DNA from: Lama guanicoe | Lineage: Eukaryota | Reading direction: 5' to 3' | DNA length: 64,000 nucleotides | Assembly (NCBI GenBank): GCA_013239625.1 | Contig: MU053810.1 | Coordinates: forward strand, 2,553,518 to 2,617,517 | Part shown: positions 40,550 through 54,339 of the stretch, one piece after another | Numbering within the stretch: the stretch's first letter is position 1 | Layout of the letters: each line of letters begins with the position of its first letter | Position numbers and translations under genes: made by a program | Notes under the pieces: model-generated | What the model saw: only the letters and a program-made list of their open reading frames with translations | The model's database searches: none | Told to the model about the DNA's origin: nothing

Positions 40550-43500
40550 AGGACCCTTCTTCCTGTCCGGGGAGGGGAACACCCACTATCCTGGGATTCG
40601 GCCCACCTGACCCGGGAGGTCTACCCCCACCCCAAGCCCTCATCTCTCCCTACTTCTCTGGGGGACCCCTTCCCCGAGGGGCTGAGTACCCCCTGCAGGG
40701 CGCGCAGCAATTTGAGAGTTTGCTCTGCCGCCGCGCGGTGTGTCTACCAACTTCTGCGTTTCCCCAGGGAAAACAAACTCGAAGCGCGCCTCCAAGTGTT
40801 TCTTGTGGCCGGCTTGGGGGGTCTCCGAACCCCCGGACTGGCGGCCCAAATCCTTACTCCTCCTGCCCCTAGTTTCGGGGGAACCTGGGTCTGGGGACAG
40901 TTCAATACGCTCGGAGCCCCCCCGACACCCAAGCACCCACAGCTGCCCTTCAGCCCGAGCGAGAAAGCGCGGGATGGAACGTACAGCCTCGGTGTGACCC
41001 GTGGGAGGCGAGTGGAGACCCACGAGTTGGGGGCATTGGGTGGTGAGGGGGCACGGTCCAGGCTGCCCCACGCGCTGGGAGCGCCAGTCCAGACCCTAAA
41101 GCGAGCAAACGTGAGCGCGGATCGGTTTCCCTCTTCACCAGGGAGCGGGCTTTTGTGGAGAAGGAAAAACAGGGAAAGAAAGTAAGCACGCGCGCGTGTT
41201 TTGGTTTTTCGTCTGTTTGCCTCCCAATTAAAAAGTGGCCGGCTAGGCGACAGCTTTGCGGTTTTCACAGTGTAAAACGGATTAGAGGGAAAGCGCCAGC
41301 CCTTCTCGACTTTCGCTTGCGGTTTGCAACCCCTTGGGGCAGGCGTGACCCTGCAGCACCTGCCCGGGCGAGCTTCCCCATCGGAGACTAAGTCGGCAGC
41401 CTGGGCTTCCCGGGGGCGGGGCCCGGCAGGGCGGACCCAAGGCTGCGCGCCCCGGGCCAGGCAGGTTCCCACCCTGCAGGTAAACTTCACGCCCCGGGCA
41501 GGCAATCCCTCCCCCCGCCCCCACGCCGGGACCCGAGCTCTCCTCTGAGGCTCTGGATCCTGAGTGTGAGGGAATCCTGGGGCAATTCCCAGGGGACCCC
41601 CTCTCCAAGGTGCGGAAGAGACAAGAGCATAGGAAAGGAATTTACTGCCCATGGCACCGGAACCAGAGTTGGCTTGTTCGTGCCCTACTGAGTGAGTGCC
41701 CGTAGGTTTTCCCCAAGAATCTCGAGTTCGCTGAGTCACTTACACCCAAGAAACGATGAATTCACATGCACACTTAGTTAAAAGGGAAAACGGAAAGAAA
41801 GAAAAACTACTCTTCGATCCTCAGCATTTCCCCCCCTTGCTTTCACCAAATAAATCATCCGGGAGAGTGAGCTGAAGCCGGGAGCGCCGGAGATACAGAA
41901 GGAGAGGTTCCTTGCTGGCTCGCCGCTCCTCCCTGGCCTCTTGCACCTGCACCTGCCCGAGAGTTTGCCAGGTGTGGGCGTTTAATTAGGTTCCCGGACC
42001 GGCCAGTAGCATCTGAACGCTTAGAAAGACCCATGGGACAGGTCAACAACCCTCGGCGACCCTTTCCTGCTGGGCTTCTGCCTTTAATAAGCGAAAATAA
42101 AAGTTTGCTTTCAGGTTGAAGAAACGCCGTTTTGGTTTTTCCGCTCTGACGAGTGACTTAACGCATCCTTTTATACCAGCAGGAAATTATCAACTGTGAT
42201 TGTCGAAATCGATACCGGGGCATCCGCAGACGAGGACCTGCAGGTAGTGGGGCCAAGGAATCAAAGAAATAGCAGCAGGAACCCACAGACTCCGACCATT
42301 TGGACGGCTAGGCCCGCTTCTCCAGGGAGACTTGCCTCGGGTAAAAAGCACGCTCTCGGGAGAGCCAGACGCGTGGGTGGGGAACAAGGCCAGTTCCACC
42401 TTAAGAGTCAGAACGGCGTGGCGGCTGCGGAGGCGCCCTGCACCTGCAGGAGGCGCTGCTGCCCCGCGGTTCCGCCCGCGCCGCGGCGCGTTGCCGGCCT
42501 CGCTGCTCCGGGGCCGCGGTCCCCGGAGGGGGTGGGGACGCTGGGGGAGGAAAGGAACGAGTGCAGCCGTTAGGTAAGGAACCCGAGCCCTCCCGGATTT
42601 TGAAGCGGCCTCAGTGAGGCGTTTGCTGGAGGGAGCCTTCCGTCATTCTGCCGTGAGAGGAAACGTGGGGAGGCGCCCTCCCCTACCTCCACCGCCTGCC
42701 TTCCTGCCTCCCTCCACCTCCGCTCCCCGACCCCGACCGTGTTTCCGAGACCCTTTGTTCTCGAGGTTGGGAGCTGCTGGATGGGGGGGGGGTCCTCGGG
42801 GAAGCGGTCCCCCTGCGCCACTCTGAAGGGAAGGAACTCGCCTCGCCCCCAACCTCTTCCCTCCCCAGCCGAGTGTTCCTGGCCCCACGGCCGCTTTTCC
42901 GCGTCCCAGTGCCTCCTTTCCCACCCGGATTCCCCCAGCTCCCGCTCTCAGGCCTTCTTCGTCTGTTTATCCGCCTCCCTTCCCACTTCTCCGCCACTCC
43001 GAGGTCTCTGGAGGAGAGGAGAGGCAGACGGGAGTGGGAGGAGAAACCAAGTCGCCTCCGCAGCGGGGAGAATCCCCAGGGACCCTTTTAGGCCCGGTCC
43101 CTTGGGACCCGCCGCAGAAGCAGGGGTTTCCCGGCGTCGCCGCAGGGTGGAGGGCCAGCCCGAAGCGGGAAGCCGCGGGGCCCGTGTCCCCACCGCGCGA
43201 CTGCGGAGCCCACGGGAGGGCCACCCAGCCCATCCGCGCAGCCTGGAGAGGGTCTCGCGCGGCGAGGCATCACCATCTCGACCCGAGCCCCCCAGGTGGA
43301 AAGAAGGGGACACTGTAGTTCGCGCCCTGGGGAGGCGAATTGCAAACAAACGCCCCCTGCTTCCCTCAGCCGACCCCCTCGGGCGCCACCCGCATCGCCT
43401 GTCCGCCGCGCACGACCCGAAGGGCTCCTGCGATTGTATCTCCTCGAGTACAGTTACAATTGCACGCAGCTAATTTCTTACTCGGGCGGAGGCATCGCGG

Positions 43501-44150
43501 AGTGAAGCCAGGGGAGAGCGATGCGGGGGGAGGGGAGAAGCCGGAGCGGGAATGTGAGCGGAGAGGTAGGGGGACGTGGCTAGGCAGCCGAGCGGTGTAG
43601 AGCCTCCCGGAGTCCCGAGTCCGAGTCAACGAGGCAGGACTGCTGGTGCAGGCCCGCGCCCCAGCCCGGTGACCGTGCCCTCCACGTCCTCAGCTCTCGG
43701 ATGCGCCTTTGCAGAGCGCCATCCACGCGCCCCGCGCGCTCGCGACCGTGGAGGGGGCTCCGCGCGAGCCCGGTTACAAAATAGGTGTGCCCCTCCCCCT
43801 GGAGATTGGTCGCAGCCTGGGGCCGTCAGCTTGAGGCTTCCTGGAGTCCCCTCCAGCCTCTCGGCATGACCCTGGACCTCACTGGCTCATCTAGAGCCGC
43901 GCCAGCAGTTCTCTCGGCAGCGGGTTCCCCGGGACACACCCCGTCCCCACCCCCAAGAGCTGGCGGCCAGCTCGGGATGCCAGGCGGCCAGGCGGGCGCC
44001 TTGCCAAATTCCGCGTTCCTCTCCAGGAGACTAGGAGTTGCGTCCCAGGCTCGGGAAAGCCCGCAGTTTGGGCTTGGAACTCGCTTACAAAGCCCCCCAA
44101 GGCGCCTGGGACGCCTCTGCAGGTTGAATTCCTGCTCCATATCACTTCAA
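40550..44150. promoter_or_regulatory. CpG island; by synteny probably the MIR1915HG/CASC10-equivalent region
   Basis: Dense CpG and high GC, G-rich runs at 43510-43575, reverse CCAAT (gattgg) at ~43804. Its position ~17-20 kb 3' of SKIDA1 fits the human layout as recalled; orthology not verified. Confidence 0.75.
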
Positions 44151-46219
44151 TTTTAATTAATCTTTTAAAACACCGCTGTCACGTCGCTTGCAGAAAATTA
44201 ATCAAACCTGAATCCTTGTTGCATAGCAAGAATTTCGATCCGAGTCTTTTAAAAAGGACTTGACTTTGCAAAGTCACGTCTTTTACAGTTCCCTCATTCC
44301 CCCTTTAGCAAGGGAAATATTGCAAAAGTCAAGACATGTTTGTTTGGTTCTGTCTTGAAAATGAAACTTTGCTTATTTCTGATCTTTATTTTCTATCTTT
44401 GAACAAAAAAAATAAACGAGATAAATTGCCTACCTCTGTTAATTCAAAATATAATTACTTTGAATGATCTTTGTTTAAGAGCCCAGATAAACTAAGATAA
44501 TCTTCATTTTAATGTGACACGACCCCCATTTTTCCTTGTGAATAATGAGAATAAAGCAGTCATTAATTAATACCAAGATATCGCCATAGAAGATGGTATC
44601 TGGTCTCGCGGAGACACTGAAACATCAGTTGTATTAGTAATTGATACTGTATAATTGAACATGAAGATAGTCGTCTATTTTTAACCTCAAAGCTCAGAGT
44701 TTATTTGGTGATTACTGAGCTCCTAATAATTAATTTTTGTCCATTCTTGCTGCATAAATAATTTTTATGATTCCAAGTTCCTATGCAACACAGAATCTTC
44801 TCATTAAAATCTACCCCCTCAATACATAGAACTGTGAACCTATGTTGTGCAACACTTTCTATTCCATTATTTATAACATATTTGGTCTATTTTATATCTT
44901 CCTATTACATTCCCCTTTGCTGTAATTTACCTTCTAAAAAATAGGAGCACATAACTATAACATCTTTTACCACAGCTTTTTCTTTGTTTAATATGTCATA
45001 CTTAAGACTTCCAGGCTTGAGTTTCTGAGATTTCAGGGTAAGTTCCATTGAAGAATCAACATTTTTTAATAGACTATACTCCCATCTAATACACAGCCCA
45101 CACTCTCTCACACTTTTCTGTGGTTAAAAATAGACTATGCTCCAACGCATTTTGTTTTTCCAACTTGAAGATTGTCTCTCAACAATTTTCTGGGTTAAAT
45201 TTATATTTAACACAACTTTTTATGTTAAAAAATAAAAGTCCTTCCCAAGAAATAAAGGAGCCTTCCAAATAATAATGGAAATTTAGACTCCACTCCTAAG
45301 ATATCTAATTATTTCTTAGCATCAGTTTGCTGGTGATCCTCACTTTTTATCCAGTAGAGGGGGATTGTATATTTTTTCTCTCATACATGCATAAAAGCTC
45401 CCTATATGTTTCTCCAGGATATCTCCCCAAATAAATATTAAATGTTTTATACCACATAAACATTTTTAGTACCTACCCTCCCAAGCCCTTTCTTTACTCA
45501 ATTGTCAGTGCTATTCCTAAAGTGATGAAAAGAATATTGGTTTTCCACTTTTATTTCCCCCTTGGAACAATTAAAACTTTCGGTCAATATACGATGGAGT
45601 AATTCTCTCCTCTTGGATTTTATATTTTCCCACTATAATTTAGACTGAAATGGGATTAAAACAGGATCTAGAGTTCTAATCTTGGTTGATGTTTTGGTGT
45701 ATTCACCGTAATGAGTCCTGTTCCCTGGGGTCATGAAGCCCCCAAATGTCAATCAAGCAAACTGATTCAGAAATGCCATTGTTCGACTCCCACGTCACTC
45801 GCCTTCCTCTCATTTTATTTAACAATACCGGAGTTCTCTGATCAGTCATTCGGAATATGAGGCATTATCTGGGGAAAATTCACAAAGTGTCTTGATCTTT
45901 CTTTGGGAGATACTGTTAAGGGGTTTCCGCAATGCAGAAAGTGCTTGTTTATATTTCTGTGTTTGGACCGCACTACCGATCGAAAGAACCAATGAATACC
46001 GCTGGAAAGAAAATCATACCGTAAATCCGTCAAAAATTAATTCGTCCAGTTGAATGTTACATTTCTATTTTCGTGTTGGAAGCACCCTGACTTGTCACCG
46101 GAAGAGAAGTATGACCGGGTCTGGGTCCAGTTGACATGTCCCCACTTTGAACCCCGTCTATTTTACCCCATTTAGTAACACTAATGTGTTTAGTCTACAC
46201 TAGTTAACCAAGAATTTAT

Positions 46220-47470
46220 TTGGGGGCGAGGAAGAGCCAACCTTTGGCCCGAGAGCTCTGCCCAGCCCACTCAGACACGTCCGGGAGCCTCCGAAACTCG
46301 CATTTCCCATCCGCAGCCCTGGGCCATCTACGCCTGGGTCCTAGCTCCGGGACAATTCCCAAAGCCAGAGGCGTTAAGTGTTAATCGCTCGGAGCAGCCC
46401 AAATTAATAATCAACTTCATGTAGGGGCTGTGAGCCTTCATCCTGCGTTCCCTGAAGTCTCCCAGTGCGGAGCCCGGCTCCTGCGAGGACATGGAGGGAG
46501 GCAGGCGTGTCCGGACGGTTTCCTGGGAAAAGCCGCCGCTTGCATCTTTCACCTAGAGGGGCTGTGGGCGAGGAGACACGACCCAAGTCTCCCGTGGTGG
46601 GTTCTCACACCAGGATTCATCCAAAATCGCGACAGCCGCTCTGGCCCTGCCTGCTTGACACGCATTCATACACAAATGCTCGCGTTTGCGGCTCGCCTCT
46701 CCAGATTCACCAACCCTCGCGCCCGCAGGTCTCGGCGCACACTTAGAGCCGAGGTGACAAGGAAAGGCGGCGGAGATGGGGACAGGGGGTGGAGCCACTC
46801 TCTGGTGGGACACGATCAATCACTTTAAAGTAAAGGGTTCAAAAGTTCCAGCCACCCTTTGGAGGGGAGAGAATGAGCTTCCCGGGGCCTGCTTCTCTCT
46901 GCAGCCCGCGGATTCCCAGCAGTCGCGCGACCCCCTTGCAAGAGTCCCTGCCGGGGACCCCCCTCCCGCCCACTCAGCCGGCCGCGTTGACAGAGCTGGC
47001 GGGGGGCAGTTTGGTTCCCTGGGAGGACCGGCTCTCGCTCGGCACAGATGAGCTCCGCGCCCGCACGACCGAGGCGCGCGCTTTTCCCTTTCTCAGCAGG
47101 CGGGAAAGGCCTGCTCGCCGAGGCGGGCGGAGCGCGGGCTGCCCGGGCGCGGGGCCTCGTCGGAAACCCGAGCTCCCTGCGACCTGCTCGGGGAGAAGGG
47201 GCGGGGGAGGGTGCTAGCGCTCTGCTCCGGGGGCGGGCCGTGCGAATTCCTGCGAAAAACCCCTCTCGAAAACCTCAAGACCTTCCAAAGACGAGGCTCT
47301 GCCCCTCCCCGCGTACTGCGGCCTTCTGTCCGGTCAGTCCCCTCCTCGCCACCCCGCCCAGCCCTCACCTGAGACCTCGCCAAGGGCCTAGCCACCTCTC
47401 TTCTTCCCCACCCCCGCTTTTAAGCTCCTTCTCCTCCCTGACCTCTCGGAGGCCTCGGCTAGGGTAGCCA
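46220..47470. promoter_or_regulatory. CpG island
   Basis: CpG-dense GC-rich segment with GC boxes (gggcgg at ~47125 and ~47231). Confidence 0.75.
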
Positions 47471-48087
47471 GGGTGCTGCAGAGGAAATGAAATTGTTCTG
47501 GAGATTACAGTGGGGCTTTTGGCCAGAAGCTTTTTCCCTCCCCCCCCCTCTTTTTCTCATGCTTCCATGCGAAGTGCAAACTTGTATTTCCCTTCCCAAG
47601 AATAGACAAATTTTCTCGCTTATTTGCAGTTTTGCAAAGTTCTACACACAGATCAGTGAACCTTAAGCGCCCTTTTTCAAACCCACATTGTGGAGGTTTG
47701 TCAGGGTCCCTGGGCAGTGAGCGTAATGACAGGTGAATCCAGCAGCCCCAGGGGAAGCCAGACCTAACCCCCAAGGCTTACAATAGGGCAGGGGCCCAAG
47801 GGCTCGCCAAGCAGCTGTAAGCAACAGGTACCCTACCGCAGGGCAGATTTTCAGGATCCCAGAGCCTAGGGCCTGGATGCAGAGCCTGCTCCTCGGTGAC
47901 CTGGGACAGAGAGTCCCCACCCAGGAGATTCCTTCTCTCCAGATTTCCTCTCTGTCACACAAGAACAGGGATCTCTGCACTCTGAGCCATCTGCCCAGGA
48001 ACAGCCAGGTTTCAAGTCAGCTTCAGCAGGCCTTCACTGTGCAAATCCACTGGTCCATTCAACCTGCTGTTCTTCCTAACATGACAT

Positions 48088-48162
48088 TGATGATGATGAT
48101 GACAACGAAGAAGAAAAAGGAAGAAGAAGAAGATGAAGAAGGAGGACGAGGAGAAAGGGAGA
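48088..48162. repeat. (GAT)n/(GAA)n/(GAG)n low-complexity repeat
   Basis: tgatgatgatgatgacaacgaagaagaaaaaggaagaagaagaagatgaagaaggaggacgagg. Confidence 0.8.
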
Positions 48163-51100
48163 TGCAAAATAAAAGAAGGCCCAAAAGGGGGGGGGAGGAC
48201 CATAGCAAAACAGAATGATTCCTTTTTTATCCATTATTACCCGTAACTGAGTTTTTCCCACACCCACAAGAAAGATAACTGGTATCAAAAACTCTAGCTT
48301 CTCAGAGTAACTTTGCTGACTGATGGTTTGCTCCTGGCCCTGCATAGATCCAACCTACTCTCTCCCCAAGCTCTAGAGAGAAAGGACCTATGTAGCTTTA
48401 GGGAAATAAACAGTGTCATAGGGCAGAATTGGCCTCCCTGTAGCCAGTCATCATTCCACAGAGAGCCTGGAAGTTTCAAGCTGCAGGAGTCTAAGTGCCC
48501 TGGTGCACAACCAGACTCAGGCTTAACCCAGCCATGGTCAGGCCCAAATTAGGGTCAAAGGAAATGAGAGACTTAGGGTCCCTTCTACTGCCTTGACCAA
48601 GCCCTGGGAAGAAGAGCTCCCTACAGAAATATGGCTAGTCCCTAGAACCATGCTCCAAGTGGGAGCCTGTCATCCTAACCAGGATGGATGAAGACCAGAA
48701 GACTGATGGCAGAGAAGGAGATAGATGTTTGCTTTTGCCCTATCCAGGGATTCCAGCCTACTCAGACCTTCCAGTCCATCCTCATTCAGCCATAGGATAA
48801 AATAGGAATCAGCCTCTGGGTTGTCAGAGGGAGTGTGTGTTGGGGGGAGGGGTGCCTTTTCCAACTTCAGGGAAGTGTATAAGGAAGGATATAATGGGTG
48901 GGGAAAGAGAGGCCTGAGCAGCAGCCACAGCCACCAGTCACTCTGAGGAACTCATCCTCATTAAAGAAATCCTTTGTATGATGCTGCATTTCTTTCCCAG
49001 ATTTGTGGTGACCACACTGAGGGAGGAGGCAGCAGGCAGCTGCGGTGGCCGCTGTGGCTGCGTGCAGGCATCCAGCAGTGTGTCCCTAGCAGCAGACTTG
49101 GTGTCCCCAGTGTGAAGAGCCCAGGCCTTGCCCATTAGGCTGTGACTGAAAACAATCCCCCACCCCCCACCCTCCAAGCAGCCTCCCCAGTGACGACCCC
49201 AAATCCCTAAACAGATTCCTGGACTGAGAGAAACACAGTTCAGAGCATGAATGTCTAAGAGCTGGATTTTGTAGCAAAGGGAACAGAAAATCCCACCCAA
49301 CGCTGAAGTCACTAACAAAATCATGTGCAGGGTGGGTATTTGTGCCTGTATCTCTGACGGTTTCATACTTCTGGCCCCAGGATGACATTTCAAAAATATT
49401 TCTCCCCTACACAGCACCAAGGGCTGTTTTTATGTCCTGCTATTGTGAATCAACCCTCTGCAAATGCATATTGTGCATTTTCTTCTGGATTTTAGTGAAA
49501 GAACTGTGCAAAAGCAACTGCTTTGTCCCAGAGCAACTGAAACAAAGACTAATACACAGAAAAGGAGCAGCCTTCCCAAAATGTACCCTTCTCTGATTTG
49601 GGAGGAAAGCTCCTAGAGTGACCGGCTCATAATTGTAGTTGATATTTAATCCTCCTTAGTACAAAGGCCCATCTTTTCACGATGCAGACGCACCACTGAG
49701 ACAGGACTAACCTTTAGAGTTATATCCAAACTGGGAACCCAGAGCTTAGATGTGGATTGTCTGTGCCTCTTCCAACCTGAACAAAAAGGATCTAAAGAAA
49801 ATCACATTTTTTCTCTTGCAACAAAGCATTCCTAATCACTTCAGCTTGTTGGTGAATTTTTATTCCCGTGTCCACTTGGGATATTGAAATCGATCGCTGC
49901 AATATTTAATATATTACACTCCCAGGGTCATCGCTCTCTTAAGACCGAATTCTCTCCCCCTCTTGCCCTCAACTCAGCCTGGGTTCTACCCTCCCACTCC
50001 CATCTGTCCAGGCCCTCTGTTTTTCTGTCCACACAACGCCTTTAATTCTCAGCCCAGCCCCAGCAACTTCACGTTGATTTTGTTTTCTGGTATGGAAAAT
50101 ACTTAAAGCTCTAGGCAGCACTGCACTTAAAAGGGAAAATGAGGAGCTCAGTAGATTGGAGAAAATTAACCTGCCACAAACAACCTCATTAAAGAGCTGC
50201 CTACCAAGAGTTAAGAATTAATAGCAAAATGGATGGGAAAAAACCCTTGAGTGAAGAGACCTTAAAACCGCTTTCCCTGAAAGGTGCATAATTTACAAGC
50301 CCAACCTAACATTCAGTTTTATTTCCCTTTCCTAGTGACCTGTCCCATAACCTTGTAATCCACTGTGGGGGCGTTTTCTCTTTGGTCCCTTTCTTCTTTT
50401 TCACACACACACATAGGTTTGCAAGTCCAAATACTGTCTGATATTTTTGGTTCAAAAATGCACTTAAATTGTTTGGGGCCTTTTAATTTAAAAAGACACT
50501 TTAAGAGACTCCTGGAATACCCTTTGGGAATTGTTAGATGATTTGAAGAGTGCCCTTAAAAGAATTGTTTGGATAGGAGGGGGTGGGGGATTCATGCAGA
50601 AAGCAGCAGGAAAAACTAGAGTGAGGACATTTTGTAGATTTAGTGTTCTGATGGTGCTATGGTTTATTTTGCACATGAAGTTCAAATTTAAGTAAAGCCC
50701 ATGTGTATGGGCTGTAAGTTGCTTTTCTAATGTTTTATTGGGCATTGTATTCTATATTGGCATTTTATATGCATAATCTCATTTCAATGCAGAGCCGCAT
50801 ACTAAATCCTGGGGCAAGCAGACGAGACTGCAGTATGGATATTACACTCAATTTCATTGGCTTCAATGAGACTTTGCACATCGCGATTTCCATTGTAATG
50901 GCTTATCTTTGGCTAGAATTTTACACATTGACATGCTCTTCCTTTGGCCAGGATCCTGAATGAAGAAATCATGTCAATGGAACAGCCATAATGATTCCAT
51001 TCACATTATAGCAGGTAACTGGGATCAATGGTCCTAACGGTATTTATCAAAGGTTTCCTGTTTTTTTCCTCTTTCTTAATAATCATTTTTGCACCTTTTT

Positions 51101-54100
51101 TCCCTGAAGGAAATCACATTTAAAATCCACCTTGGAGTATATACTAAAGTATTGATCCAAAACAGGAAGAGATAGGAAATCCACCATCAGGGTGCTTCCA
51201 ATTCGTCTAGAAATCCTTTCATTGTGTCAGAATCTTATATGTAGCCCACATGTTATGTAGGATTGGATCCTATTCAGATAAACCAGCTAGAGATTGATAC
51301 AAAGAACAAGATTTTAGAAGCCCTTGACAACCTCCCTAAGTCTACATAATAAGGTATATTTTCCTTCCATTTAAATTACACTACAAAAGTTCTACTTCTC
51401 TCCTATTGAATAGTAATGTTAAATTGCAAACCACAGACTAAAATGTACAATACAGAAGGTTGGTATTTCAGGGAAACTAGATGTTTCTGAGCTCATTTCC
51501 CTAAAGAAGATGGAAGGACTATAAGACTAATTTCCTAATTTGCTTTTAAATTTACAAAACATAACAATGTAAAAATATTTTTTAAACACAAGGATTAAAA
51601 TAGTTTTATTTTCCTGTAATTATATGAGCAACAAAGCAATGGAACAATTCAAATGTTAACCAAGCTCTTCTATCTAAAATTTTCCCTTATTTAGAAGGGG
51701 AGGGGAGTACCACCTCTCTTTTTGAATTCAGGCAAGAAACACTCTGGTAGTAGTGATGTACACTCATTTAGTTCTCAATTATATATGTTTAAGGTTGCTT
51801 TTTAAAAAAAAGCCTTTGTTATAACAGATAAAAAAACAAAATTGGCTTTCTGAAGACCACTTTGCCACATGATGTATAACACTTGGAACAAAATTTAAAG
51901 TATCTGCATTTACATCTGGCAATGTAGTCCATGTTAGAACCATAGCTGTGTGTTTATGGAGTTGAGCCCTCCTCCATGCTGTTTTTTATAGCCTGACCAG
52001 AATAGCTCAGCACATGCAGGGCTAGAGGCTGGAAAGCTCTGGCCCCTCACTCCAGCAGGGAAGCTCAGGGTCACCACAGGCTTTCACACTACCCCTATCA
52101 GCACTGGTTACCTTCCTTCCACCTCTGGAGGAAGTATTGCTAACTATTGGTTCTCCCGCGAAGCCTTCACCTGGGTGCAAGGGTTAGGTAGCGGGAGGGG
52201 ACGAAGAGGACCACTGAGAAGATGGAAGAAGATACAAAGGAGATGATAAAGGAAAAAAGAGGGAAAAGTAAAATTAATCTGATTATGGCAATTTCTCCTA
52301 TATCAAGCAGGTTTGATGTTGAGTGGGTCTAATAACTAGGCATTTGAAAGCTTAACCATCCACTGGTTTGCATATTTGGATTCAATGTAGGGGAAGAAAA
52401 CTAATCTTCCACATTTGCACAGACAATCAGGGTATTCATTTGAAAGGAAGGGGAAAAGAGAGAAATCAAGAGAGACATGAGGGAGAATGAATGTAAGATG
52501 CGCGTTTAATCCTGGGAGATCCAAAAATTCAGGTCTTGTCCAGTAATTTCTGAGACTGAAACCCTGGCCTGCTGACCAATTGTAGCCTCCGATCTCTTAC
52601 AAATCTGTCATATCTAACTTTCATGGGAAGGAGGGAAGGCTTCTGCCTAACCTTAGTGCAGTCTCTCTTCCCTACTGTTTTTCCTCACTACTGCTCATCA
52701 CTTATTACAAGTATTGTGTTGTTCCTGGAGCTAACTTAAACTGATCTTAAGGAGGGCAAGCACTAACAATGGAAATTATATTCCAACCTTTCGGTGCCCC
52801 ACAACAGCTTGTCCAACAGCTCGGTCTCAGGAAAATTGTGTTTGTTTGTTTGTTTTGATGGCTTAGAGGAGAGGGCAGGCACCCACTCAGATGGTTTTCC
52901 CTGTTTCCTTCCATTCCTTCTGAGCATCCTGGCTGGGGAGGGCCTTGCAGACCCATAAGCGGTCGTTCTCCGCTAGGCTGGTGACATTTTAGGGTCTAAG
53001 TGTATTGACTGCTAAGCCTCTTCCACCCAAAAGAGTCAAACACAAACATATTGATGGTGATGAATAACTGGATCTTACTGAAGAGCCTCTAGGTGCCTGC
53101 CACTCTCCCTTCACCTCTTCCGGTCTTGCTCCAGTTCTCCCAACTGAAGCAAGACCCAGGCAGCAGCAGCTAAGGAATCGGGAATACCCTAGCATCCCAG
53201 GTACTTGGCCTGCTTCCCTTGTAGATGTCCTTTTCAGAACACACACACACACCCCTGCAGGCAGTAGGCTCTCCTAATTCCCTTTGGAAATTCCTCTCCC
53301 TCTCCCTCTCTGGCCCTAACGTCCCTTGCAAGGGGACAACCAGCGCCCTTCCCCCAGTTAGGCACCAGTCTGCCTTGAAGCCTTGGCTGCAGCCGCAGAA
53401 TAGAGAACTCGCTGTGCTGCAGCCAGAACACTCGGCTCTGGGGGAAGAAGTTGTGGGAGTCAAGCAGTGGCCCAGGAGAGGACTGCTCCCTGACTAGTGA
53501 AACATTTATTCAACTGGGCAAACGTTTTGCGAGCACCCACTCTGGCAATTTTGGGTGCTGCTTGTTAGGTCCTCAGCAGAGAAAGAAAGGGAATGGCAGT
53601 CAGCAATTCCCGCGTGGAAGCCATTGACAGGGGTTTAACACCACACGTTTTGGGATCGTGGTTTTCTAAACAAACTGGAGTGATCTTTAGGGAAAGCCAA
53701 AGACACGTGATGAAAACATCCTGCTTTGAGAACCAGGAATGGTGGAACCACAGCTAACTGCCCGCGAGTGGGTTAATCAGGAAAGAGGCTTGGGAGCCCA
53801 AGGCTTGAATTTGGTGAATTCGTGCAATTTGGAGCATTTCGACTTAGTATTGATCCCTAAACTCAATTTTGAAAACAGCCTCCATCGCAGAAGTGTGGGC
53901 TGTGTTATCCCAGTATTTGCACGCATCGATTGGGCTAAAATAAAATGCACCATACACTCCGCAAAGAAGGAAGAGGCAGGGACAGTCACAAGAGGAAAAG
54001 CAGAAAGTGCATAGTTAATATGGGTTGTACGAGAATCCGCGAAACAAGTGCTTTAAACCCAGGGGGATTTCACGTAATAGCTAATTTGGTGAGAGAGCCA

Positions 54101-54339
54101 GAGTGCGCAAGCAGAGGGCCATCTTATAAGAGAAGGAAGATAGCTGAATATAGGTTTTTCTGACTGGAATTAACATTTCCTTGTGATTTGCATTTGCTAA
54201 TGTCCAAACCCTTACGTACTGTCCACCTAACCCAGGTTTTTCCAGCCCCCAGTGTAGGCTCGCAGAGAAATTCTCTTTCCTACAGCTGCACTGCCAGAGC
54301 TCAGAGGCTGAGGAGAGGCTGCTGCTGCTTTTCCCCCCG

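Noticed and set aside
42300..43800. MIR1915 hairpin expected by synteny
   Set aside because: Could not find a convincing match to the human precursor as recalled; only a short cgccctgggg similarity near 43322.
40640..47470. Many overlapping 80-331 aa ORFs in the CpG islands
   Set aside because: Pro/Arg/Gly/Ala-rich, on all frames, mostly non-ATG starts and with no recognisable domains; expected from stop-codon scarcity in GC-rich DNA.
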